Assembly: GCF_009914755.1 (NCBI RefSeq)
Contig: NC_060946.1
DNA from: the human T2T-CHM13v2.0 reference genome, Homo sapiens
Length of the DNA: 64,000 nucleotides
Strand: one strand, 5' to 3'
In this document: in pieces, positions 32,201-45,257 of the stretch
How the letters are laid out: each line of letters begins with the position of its first letter
How positions within the stretch are numbered: position 1 is the stretch's first letter
Position numbers and translations under genes: made by a program
Notes under the pieces: model-generated
Told to the model about the DNA's origin: nothing
What the model saw: the letters and a program-made list of their open reading frames with translations, nothing else
The model's database searches: none

Positions 32201-33340
32201 TCTATAGTGTACATAAAATATAAAAGTACCCAAACTATACATTATATACTGTACATAATATATGAAATTACATCAAATATATATTATATTAGGTACATAA
32301 AATATGAAAGTACATCAAATATAGATTATATACTGTACATTAAATACCAAAGTACCCCAAATATATATTTTATACTGTACATGAAATATCAAAGTTCACA
32401 AACTATATATTATATACTGTACATAAAATATCAAAGTACCCAAGGTATATATTCTATACTGCACAAAAAATATCAAAGTACCCAAAGCATGTATTATATA
32501 CTGTATATAAAATATGAAAGTACATCAAATATATATTTTATTCTGTACATAAAATATCAAAGTACACCAGATATATATTCTATAGTGTACATAAAATAAC
32601 AAAGTACACAAACTATAAATTATATACTGTACATAAAATATGAAATTACATCTAATATATATTAGGTACATAAAATATGAAAGTACATCAAATATAGATT
32701 ATATACTGTACATAAAATATCAATGTACCCCAAATATATATTTTATACTCTACATGAAATATCAAAGTTCACAAACCATATATTATATACTGTACATAAA
32801 ATATCAAAGTACACAAGGTATATATTCTATACTGTACAAAAAATATCAAAGTACCCAAAGCATGTATTATATACTGTACATAAAATATGAAAGTACATCA
32901 AATATATATTTTATTCTGTACATATAATATCAAAGTACACCAGATATATATTCTATAGTGTACATAAAATATCAAAGTACCCAAACTATACATTATATAC
33001 TGTACATAAAATATGAAATTACATCAAATATATTTTATATTAGGTACATAAAATATGAAAGTACATCAAATATATATTTTATTCTGTACATAAAATATCA
33101 AAGTACACCAGATATATATTCTATAGTGTGCATAAAATATCAAAGTACCCAAACTATACATTATATACTGTAAATAAAATATGAAATTATATCAAATATA
33201 TTTTATATTAGGTACATAAAATATGAAAGTACATCAAATATAGATTATATACTGTACATTAAATACCAAAGTACCCCAAATATATATTTTATACTGTACA
33301 TGAAATATCAAATTTCACAAACTATATGTTATATACTGTA
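29300..33340 (+). repeat. Tandem duplication across the domain junction (offset 2426, then 2048)
   Basis: ORFs 29463/31889 and 30214/32640 (+2426). CAAATTTCACAAACTATATGTT at 31261/33309 (+2048). Confidence 0.78.
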
Positions 33341-35948
33341 CATAAAATATCAAAGTACCCGAGGTATATATTCTATACTGTACAAAAAATAACAAAGTAC
33401 CAAAAGCATGTATAATATACTGTACATAAAATATGAAAGTACATCAAATAAATATTTTATTCTGTACATAAAATATCAAAGTACACCAGATATATATTCT
33501 ATAGTGTACATAAAATATCAAAGTACCCAAACTATACATTATATAGTGTAAATAAAATATGAAATTACATCAAATATGTTTTATATTAGGTACATAAAAT
33601 ATGAAAGTACATCAAATATAGATTATATACTGTACATTAAATACCAAAGTACCCCAAATATATATTTTATACTGTACATGAAATTTCAAATTTCACAAAC
33701 TATATATTATATACTGTACATATAATATCAAAGTACCCAAGGTATATATTCTATACTGTACAAAAAATAACAAAGTACCAAAAGCATGTATTATATACTG
33801 TACCTAAAATATGAAAGTACATCAAATATATATTTTATTCTGTACATAAAATATCAAAGTACACCAGATATATATTCTATAGTGTACATAAAATATCAAA
33901 GTACACAAACTATACATTATATACTGTAAATAAAATATGAAATTACATCAAATATATTTTATATTAGGTACATAAAATATGAAAGTACATCAAATATATA
34001 TTTTATTCTGTACATAAAATATCAAAGTACACCAGATATATATTCTATAGTGTACATAAAATATCAAAATACCCAAACTATACATTATATACTGTACATA
34101 AAATATGAAATTACAACAAACATATTTTATATTAGGTACATAAAATATGAAAGTACATCAAATATAGATTATATACTGTACATTAAATACCAAAGTACCC
34201 CAAATATATATTTTATACTGTACATGAAATATCAAAATACACAAACTATATATTATATACTGTACATAAAATATCAAAGTACCCAAGGTATATATTCTAT
34301 ACTGTACAAAAAATAACAAAGTACCAAAAGCATGTATAATATACTGTACATAAAATATGAAAGTACATCAAATATATATTTTATTCTGTACATAAAATAT
34401 CAAAGTACACCAGATATATATTCTATAGTGTACATAAAATATCAAAGTACCCAAACTATACATTATATACTGTAAATAAAATATGAAATTACATCAAATA
34501 TATTTTATATTAGGTACATAAAATATGAAAGTACATCAAATATAGATTATATACTGTACATAAAATACCAAAGTACCCCAAATATATATTTTATACTGTA
34601 CATGAAATATCAAATTTCCCAAACTATATATTATATACTGTACATATAATATCAAAGTACCCAAGGTATATATTCTATACTGTACAAAAAATAACAAAGT
34701 ACCAAAAGCATGTATTATATACTGTACCTAAAATATGAAAGTACATCAAATATATATTTTATTCTGTACATAAAATATCAAAGTACACCAGATATATATT
34801 CTATAGTGTACATAAAATATCAAAGTACCCAAACTATACATTATATACTGTAAATAAAATATGAAATTACATCAAATATATTTTATATTAGGTACATAAA
34901 ATATGAAAGTACATCAAATATATATTTTATTCTGTACATAAAATATCAAAGTACACCAGATATATATTCTATAGTGTACATAAAATATCAAAGTACCCAA
35001 ACTATACATTATATACTGTACATAAAATATGAAATTACATCAAATATATTTTATATTAGGTACATAAAATTTGAAAGTACATCAAATATAGATTATATAC
35101 TGTACATTAAATACCAAAGTACCCCAAATATATATTTTATACTGTACATGAAATATCAAATTACACAAACTATATATTATATACTGTACATAAAATATCA
35201 AAGTACCCAAGGTATATATTCTATACTGTACAAAAAATAACAAAGTACCAAAAGCATGTATAATATAATGTACATAAAATATGAAAGTACATCAAATATA
35301 TATTTTATTCTGTACATAAAATATCAAAGTACACCAGATATATATTCTATAGTGTACATAAAATATCAAAGTACCCAAACTATACATTATATACTGTAAA
35401 TAAAATATGAAATTACATCAAATATATTTTATATTAGGTACATAAAATATGAAAGTACATCAAATATAGATTATATACTGTACATTAAATACCAAAGTAC
35501 CCCAAATATATATTTTATACTGTACATGAAATATCAAATTTCCCAAACTATATATTATATACTGTACATATAATATCAAAGTACCCAAGGTATATATTCT
35601 ATACTGTACAAAAAATAACAAAGTACCAAAAGCATGTATTATATAGTGTACCTAAAATATGAAAGTACATCAAATATATATTTTATTCTGTACATAAAAT
35701 ATCAAAGTACACCAGATATATATTCTATAGTGTACATAAAATATCAAAGTACCCAAACTATACATTATATACTGTAAATAAAATATGAAATTACATCAAA
35801 TATATTTTATATTAGGTACATAAAATATGAAAGTACATCAAATATATATTTTATTCTGTACATAAAATATCAAAGTACACCAGATATATATTCTATAGTG
35901 TACATAAAATATCAAAGTACCCAAACTATACATTATATACTGTAAATA
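33009..35948 (+). repeat. 924-bp (22-monomer: 4+9+9) super-repeat, about 3.2 copies
   Basis: 4-mer units (A-G-H-I) start at 33009, 33933, 34857 and 35781, exactly 924 bp apart. Confidence 0.85.
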
Positions 35949-38900
35949 AAATATGAAATTACATCAAATATATTTTATATTAGGTACATAAAATATGGAA
36001 GTACATCAAATATATATTATATACTGTACATTAAATACGAAAGTACCCCAAATATATATTTTACACTGTACATGAAATATCAAAGTTCACAAACTATATA
36101 TTATATACTGTACATAAATTATCAAAGTACCCAAGGTATATATTCTATACTGTACAAAAAATATCAAAGTACCCAAAGCATGTATTATATACTGTACATA
36201 AAATAAGAAAGTACATCAAATATATATTTTATTCTGTACATAAAACATCAAAGTACACCAGATATATATTCTATAGTGTACATAAAATATCAAAGTACCC
36301 AAACTATACATTATATAGTGTACATAAAATATGAAATTATATCAAATATATATTATATTAGGTACATAATATATGAAAGTACATCAAATATAGATTATAT
36401 ACTGTACATAAAATATCAAAGTACCCCAAATATATATTATATACTCTACATGAAATATCAAAGTTCACAAACTATATATTATATACTGTACATAAAATAT
36501 CAAAGTACCCAAACTATACATTATATACTGTACATAAAATATGAAATTACATCAAATATATTTTATATTAGGTACATAAAATTTGAAAGTACATCAAATA
36601 TAGATTATATACTGTACATTAAATACCAAAGTACCCCAAATATATATTTTATACTGTACATGAAATATCAAATTACACAAACTATATATTATATACTGTA
36701 CATAAAATATCAAAGTACCCAAGGTATATATTCTATACTGTACAAAAAATAACAAAGTACCAAAAGCATGTATAATATAATGTACATAAAATATGAAAGA
36801 ACATCAAATATATATTTTATTCTGTACATAAAATATCAAAGTACACCAGATATATATTCTATAGTGTACATAAAATATCAAAGTACACAAACTATACATT
36901 ATATACTGTAAATAAAATATGAAATTACATCAAATATATTTTATATTAGGTACATAAAATATGAAAGTACATCAAATATAGATTATATACTGTACATTAA
37001 ATACCAAAGTACCCCAAATATATATTTTATACTGTACATGAAATATCAAAATACACAAACTATATATTATATACTGTACATAAAATATCAAAGTACCCAA
37101 GGTATATATTCTATACTGTACAAAAAATAACAAAGTACCAAAAGCATGTATTATATACTGTACCTAAAATATGAAAGTACATCAAATATATATTTTATTC
37201 TGTACATAAAATATCAAAGTACACCAGATATATATTCTATAGTGTACATAAAATATCAAAGTACCCAAACTATACATTACATACTGTACATAAAATATGA
37301 AATTACATCAAATATATATTATATTAGGTACATAAAATATGAAAGTACATGAAATATAGATTATATACTGTACATAAAATATCAAGGTACCCCAAATATA
37401 TATTATATACTCTACATGAAATATCAAAGTTCACAAACTATATATTATATACTGTACATATAATATCAAAGTACCCAAGGTATATATTCTATACTGTACA
37501 AAAAATAACAAAGTACAAAAAGCATGTATTATATACTGTACCTAAAATATGAAAGTACATCAAATATATATTTTATTCTGTACATAAAATATCAAAGTAC
37601 ACCAGATATATATTCTATAGTGTACATAAAATATCAAAGTACCCAAACTATACATTATATACTGTAAATAAAATATGAAATTACATCAAATATATTTTAT
37701 ATTAGGTACATAAAATATGAAAGTACATCAAATATAGATTATATACTGTACATTAAATACCAAAGTACCCCAAATATATATTTTATACTGTACATGAAAT
37801 ATCAAAATACACAAACTATATATTATATACTGTACATAAAATATCAAAGTACCCAAGGTATATATTCTATACTGTACAAAAAATAACAAAGTACCAAAAG
37901 CATGTATAATATACTGTACCTAAAATATGAAAGTACATCAAATATATATTTTATTCTGTACATAAAATATCAAAGTACACCAGATATATATTCTATAGTG
38001 TACATAAAATATCAAAGTACCCAAACTATACATTATATACTGTACATAAAATATGAAATTACATCAAATATATTTTATATTAGGTACATAAAATATGAAA
38101 GTACATCAAATATAGATTATATACTGTACATTAAATACCAAAGAACCCCAAATATATATTTTATACTGTACATGAAATATCAAAATACACAAACTATATA
38201 TTATATACTGTACATAAAATATCAAAGTACCCAAGGTATATATTCGATACTGTACAAAAAATAACAAAGTACCAAAAGCATGTATAATATACTGTACATA
38301 AAATATGAAAGTACATCAAATATATATTTTATTCTGTACATAAAATATCAAAGTACACCAGATATATATTCTATAGTGTACATAAAATATCAAAGTACCC
38401 AAACTATACATTATATACTGTACATAAAATATGAAATTACATCAAATATATTTTATATTAGGTACATAAAATATGAAAGTACATCAAATATAGATTATAT
38501 ACTGTACATTAAATACCAAAGTACCCCAAATATATATTTTATACTGTACATGAAATATCAGAGTTCACAAACTATATATTATATACTGTACATATAATAT
38601 CAAAGTACCCAAGGTATATATTCTATACTGTACAAAAAATAACAAAGTACCAAAAGCATGTATTATATACTGTACCTAAAATATGAAAATACATCAAATA
38701 TATATTGTATTCTGTACATAAAATATCAAAGTACACCAGATATATATTCTATAGTGTACATAAAATATCAAAGTACCCAAACTATACATTACATACTGTA
38801 CATAAAATATGAAATTACATCAAATATATATTATATTAGGTACATAAAATATGAAAGTACATGAAATATAGATTATATACTGTACATAAAATATCAAGGT

Positions 38901-41427
38901 ACCCCAAATATATATTATATACTCTACATGAAATATCAAAGTTCACAAACTATATATTATATACTGTACATATAATATCAAAGTACCCAAGGTATATATT
39001 CTATACTGTACAAAAAATAACAAAGTACCAAAAGCATGTATTATATACTGTACCTAAAATATGAAAGTACATCAAATATATATTTTATTCTGTACATAAA
39101 ATATCAAAGTACACCAGATATATATTCTATAGTGTACATAAAATATCAAAGTACCCAAACTATACATTATATACTGTAAATAAAATATGAAATTACATCA
39201 AATATATTTTATATTAGGTACATAAAATATGAAAGTACATCAAATATAGATTATATACTGTACATTAAATACCAAAGTACCCCAAATATATATTTTATAC
39301 TGTACATGAAATATCAAAGTTCACAAACTATATATTATATACTGTACATAAAATATCAAAGTACCCAAGGTATATATTCTATACTGTACAAAAAATAACA
39401 AAGTACCAAAAGCATGTATAATATACTGTACATAAAATATGAAAGTACATCAAATATATATTTTATTCTGTACATAAAATATCAAAGTACACCAGATATA
39501 TATTCTATAGTGTACATAAAATATCAAAGTACCCAAACTATACATTATATACTGTACATAAAATATGAAATTACATCAAATATATTTTATATTATGTACA
39601 TAAAATATGAAAGTACATCAAATATAGATTATATACTGTACATTAAATACCAAAGTACCCCAAATATATATTTTATACTGTACATGAAATATCAAAATAC
39701 ACTAACTATATATTATATACTGTACATAAAATATCAAAGTACCCAAGGTATATATTCTATACTGTACAAAAAATAACAAAGTACCAAAAGCATGTATAAT
39801 ATACTGTACATAAAATATGAAAGTACATCAAATATATATTTTATTCTGTACATAAAATATCAAAGTACACCAGATATATATTCTATAGTGTACATAAAAT
39901 ATCAAAGTACCCAAACTATACATTATATACTGTAAATAAAATATGAAATTACATCAAATATATTTTATATTAGGTACATAAAATATGAAAGTACATCAAA
40001 TATAGATTATATACTGTACAATAAATACCAAATTACCCCAAATATATATTTTATACTGTACATGAAATATCAAATTTCACAAACTATATATTATATACTG
40101 TACATATAATATCAAAGTACCCAAGGTATATATTCTATACTGTACAAAAAATAACAAAGTACCAAAAGCATGTATTATATACTGTACCTAAAATATGAAA
40201 GTACATCAAATATATATTTTATTCTGTACATAAAATATCAAAGTACACCAGATATATATTCTATAGTGTACATAAAATATCAAATTACCCAAACTATACA
40301 TTATATACTGTACGTAAAATATGAAATTACATCAAATATATTTTATATTAGGTACATAAAATATGAAAGTACATCAAATATGGATTATATACTGTACATT
40401 AAATACCAAAGTACCCCAAATATATATTTTATACTGTACATGAAATATCAAAGTTCACAAACTATATATTATATACTGTACATAAAATATCAAAGTACCC
40501 AAGGTATATATTCTATACTGTACAAAAAATAACAAAGTACCAAAAGCATGTATTATATACTGTACCTAAAATATGAGGAGTACATCAAATACATATTTTA
40601 TTCTGTACATAAAATAACAAAGTACACCAGATATATATTCTATAGTGTACATAAAATATCAAAGTACCCAAACTATACATTATATACTGTACATAAAATA
40701 TGAAATTACATCAAATATATATTATATTAGGTACATAAAATATGAAAGTACATGAAATATAGATTATATACTGTACATAAAATATCAAGGTACCCCAAAT
40801 ATATATTATATACTCTACATGAAATATCAAAGTTCTCAAACTATATATTATATACTGTACATAAAATATCAAAGTACCCAAGGTATATATTCTATACTGT
40901 ACAAAAAATAACAAAGTACCAAAACATGTATAATATACTGTACATAAAATATGAAAGTACATCAAATATATATTTTATTCTGTACATAACATATCAAAGT
41001 ACACCAGATATATATTCTATAGTGTACATAAAATATCAAAGTACCCAAACTATACATTATATACTGTAAATAAAATATGAAATTACATCAAATATATTTT
41101 ATATTAGGTACATAAAATATGAAAGTACATCAAATATATATTTTATTCTGTACATAAAATATCAAAGTACACCAGATATATATTCTATAGTGTACATAAA
41201 ATATCAAAGTACCCAAACTATACATTATATACTGTACATAAAATATGAAATTACATCAAATATATTTTATATTAGGTACATAAAATATGAAAGTACATCA
41301 AATATAGATTATATACTGTACATTAAATACCAAAGTACCCCCAATATATATTTTATACTGTACATGAAATATCAAGGTTCACAAACTATATATTATATAC
41401 TGTACATATAATATCAAAGTACCCAAG

Positions 41428-44400
41428 TTATATATTCTATACTGTACAAAAAATAACAAAGTACCAAAAGCATGTATTATATACTGTACCTAAAATATGA
41501 AAGTACATCAAATATATATTTTATTCTGTACATAAAATATGAAACTACACCAGATATATATTCTATAGTGTACATAAAATATCAAAGTACCCAAACTATA
41601 CATTATATACTGTACATAAAATATGAAATTACATCAAATATATATTATATTAGGTACATAAAATGTGAAAGTACATGAAATATAGATTATATACTGTACA
41701 TAAAATATCAAGGTACCCCAAATATATATTATATAATCTACATGAAATATCAAAGTTCACAAACTATATATTATATACTGTACATAAAATATCAAAGTAC
41801 CCAAGGTATATATTCTATACTGTACAAAAAATAACAAAGTACCAAAAGCATGTATAATATACTGTACCTAAAATATGAAAGTACATCAAATATATATTTT
41901 ATTCTGTACATAAAATATCAAAGTACACCAGATATATATTCTATAGTGTACATAAAATATCAAAGTACCCAAACTATACATTATATACTGTACATAAAAT
42001 ATGAAATTACATCAAATATATTTTATATTAGGTACATAAAATATGAAAGTACATCAAATATAGATTATATACTGTACATTAAATACCAACGTAACCCAAA
42101 TATATATTTTATACTGTACATGAAATATCAAAGTTCACAAACTATATATTATATACTGTACATATAATATCAAAGTACCCAAGGTATATATTCTATACTG
42201 TACAAAAAATAACAAAGTACCAAAAGCATGTATTATATACTGTACCTAAAATATGAATGTACATCAAATATATATTTTATTCTGTACATAAAATATCAAA
42301 GTACACCAGATATATATTCTATAGTGTACATAAAATATCAAAGTACCCAAACTATACATTATATACTGTACATAAAATATGAAATTACATCAAATATATA
42401 TTATATTAGGTACATAAAATATGAAAGTACATGAAATATAGATTATACACTGTACATAAAATATCAAGGTACCCCAAATATATATTATATACTCTACATG
42501 AAATATCAAATTTCCCAAACTATATATTATATACTGTACATATAATATCAAAGTACCCAAGGTATATATTCTATACTGTACAAAAAATAACAAAGTACAA
42601 AAAGCATGTATTATATACTGTACCTAAAATATGAAAGTACATCAAATATATATTTTATTCTGTACATAAAATATCAAAGTACACCAGATATATATTCTAT
42701 AGTGTACATAAAATATCAAAGTACCCAAACTATACATTATATACTGTAAATAAAATATGAAATTACATCAAATATATTTTATATTAGGTACATAAAATAT
42801 GAAAGTACATCAAATATAGATTATATACTGTACATTAAATACCAAAGTACCCCAAATATATATTTTATACTGTACATGAAATATCAAAATACACAAACTA
42901 TATATTATATACTGTACATAAAATATCAAAGTACCCAAGGTATATATTCTATACTGTACAAAAAATAACAAAGTACCAAAAGCATGTATAATATACTGTA
43001 CATAAAATATGAAAGTACATCAAATATATATTTTATTCTGTACATAAAATATCAAAGTACACCAGATATATATTCTATAGTGTACATAAAATATCAAAGT
43101 ACCCAAACTATACATTATATACTGTACATAAAATATGAAATTACATCAAATATATTTTATATTAGGTACATAAAATATGAAAGTACATCAAATATAGATT
43201 ATATACTGTACATTAAATACCAAATTACCCCAAATATATATTTTATACTGTACATGAAATATCAAAATACACTAACTATATATTATATACTGTACATAAA
43301 ATATCAAAGTACCCAAGGTATATATTCTATACTGTACAAAAAATAACAAAGTACCAAAAGCATGTATTATATACTGTACCTAAAATATGAAAGTACATCA
43401 AATATATATTTTATTCTGTACATAAAATATGAAACTACACCAGATATATATTCTATAGTGTACATAAAATATCAAAGTACCCAAACTATACATTATATAC
43501 TGTACATAAAATATGAAATTACATCAAATATATATTATATTAGGTACATAAAATGTGAAAGTACATGAAATATAGATTATATACTGTACATAAAATATCA
43601 AGGTACCCCAAATATATATTATATAATCTACATGAAATATCAAAGTTCACAAACTATATATTATATACTGTACATAAAATATCAAAGTACCCAAGGTATA
43701 TATTCTATACTGTACAAAAAATAACAAAGTACCAAAAGCATGTATAATATACTGTACCTAAAATATGAAAGTACATCAAATATATATTTTATTCTGTACA
43801 TAAAATATCAAAGTACACCAGATATATATTCTATAGTGTACATAAAATATCAAAGTACCCAAACTATACATTATATACTGTACATAAAATATGAAATTAC
43901 ATCAAATATATTTTATATTAGGTACATAAAATATGAAAGTACATCAAATATAGATTATATACTGTACATTAAATACCAACGTAACCCAAATATATATTTT
44001 ATACTGTACATGAAATATCAAAGTTCACAAACTATATATTATATACTGTACATATAATATCAAAGTACCCAAGGTATATATTCTATACTGTACAAAAAAT
44101 AACAAAGTACCAAAAGCATGTATTATATACTGTACCTAAAATATGAATGTACATCAAATATATATTTTATTCTGTACATAAAATATCAAAGTACACCAGA
44201 TATATATTCTATAGTGTACATAAAATATCAAAGTACCCAAACTATACATTATATACTGTACATAAAATATGAAATTACATCAAATATATATTATATTAGG
44301 TACATAAAATATGAAAGTACATGAAATATAGATTATACACTGTACATAAAATATCAAGGTACCCCAAATATATATTATATACTCTACATGAAATATCAAA

Positions 44401-45257
44401 TTTCCCAAACTATATATTATATACTGTACATATAATATCAAAGTACCCAAGGTATATATTCTATACTGTACAAAAAATAACAAAGTACAAAAAGCATGTA
44501 TTATATACTGTACCTAAAATATGAAAGTACATCAAATATATATTTTATTCTGTACATAAAATATCAAAGTACACCAGATATATATTCTATAGTGTACATA
44601 AAATATCAAAGTACCCAAACTATACATTATATACTGTAAATAAAATATGAAATTACATCAAATATATTTTATATTAGGTACATAAAATATGAAAGTACAT
44701 CAAATATAGATTATATACTGTACATTAAATACCAAAGTACCCCAAATATATATTTTATACTGTACATGAAATATCAAAATACACAAACTATATATTATAT
44801 ACTGTACATAAAATATCAAAGTACCCAAGGTATATATTCTATACTGTACAAAAAATAACAAAGTACCAAAAGCATGTATAATATACTGTACATAAAATAT
44901 GAAAGTACATCAAATATATATTTTATTCTGTACATAAAATATCAAAGTACACCAGATATATATTCTATAGTGTACATAAAATATCAAAGTACCCAAACTA
45001 TACATTATATACTGTACATAAAATATGAAATTACATCAAATATATTTTATATTAGGTACATAAAATATGAAAGTACATCAAATATAGATTATATACTGTA
45101 CATTAAATACCAAATTACCCCAAATATATATTTTATACTGTACATGAAATATCAAAATACACTAACTATATATTATATACTGTACATAAAATATCAAAGT
45201 ACCCAAGGTATATATTCTATACTGTACAAAAAATAACAAAGTACCAAAAGCATGTAT
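41428..45257 (+). repeat. Near-perfect tandem duplication of 1890 bp (5 HORs)
   Basis: Identical ORFs at +1890 (41472/43362, 41850/43740, 42228/44118, 42984/44874). Shared rare variants include GAAACTACACC, AAATGTGAAA, CCAACGTAACCC, GAATGTACAT and TATACACTG. Confidence 0.92.

Larger units (their letters stand above)
1..33000 (+). repeat. Left subfamily domain: mix of 378-bp HORs and 373-bp HORs (5-bp deletion in monomer A)
   Basis: A monomer reads ...CAAATATATATTAGG (short) versus ...CAAATATATATTATATTAGG (full). Short copies are flagged by 'MKLHQ' ORF starts (271, 1022, 1396, 2525 ... 31889, last at 32640). The F monomer is mostly AAAAAATATCAAAGTACCCAAAGC. Confidence 0.88.
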
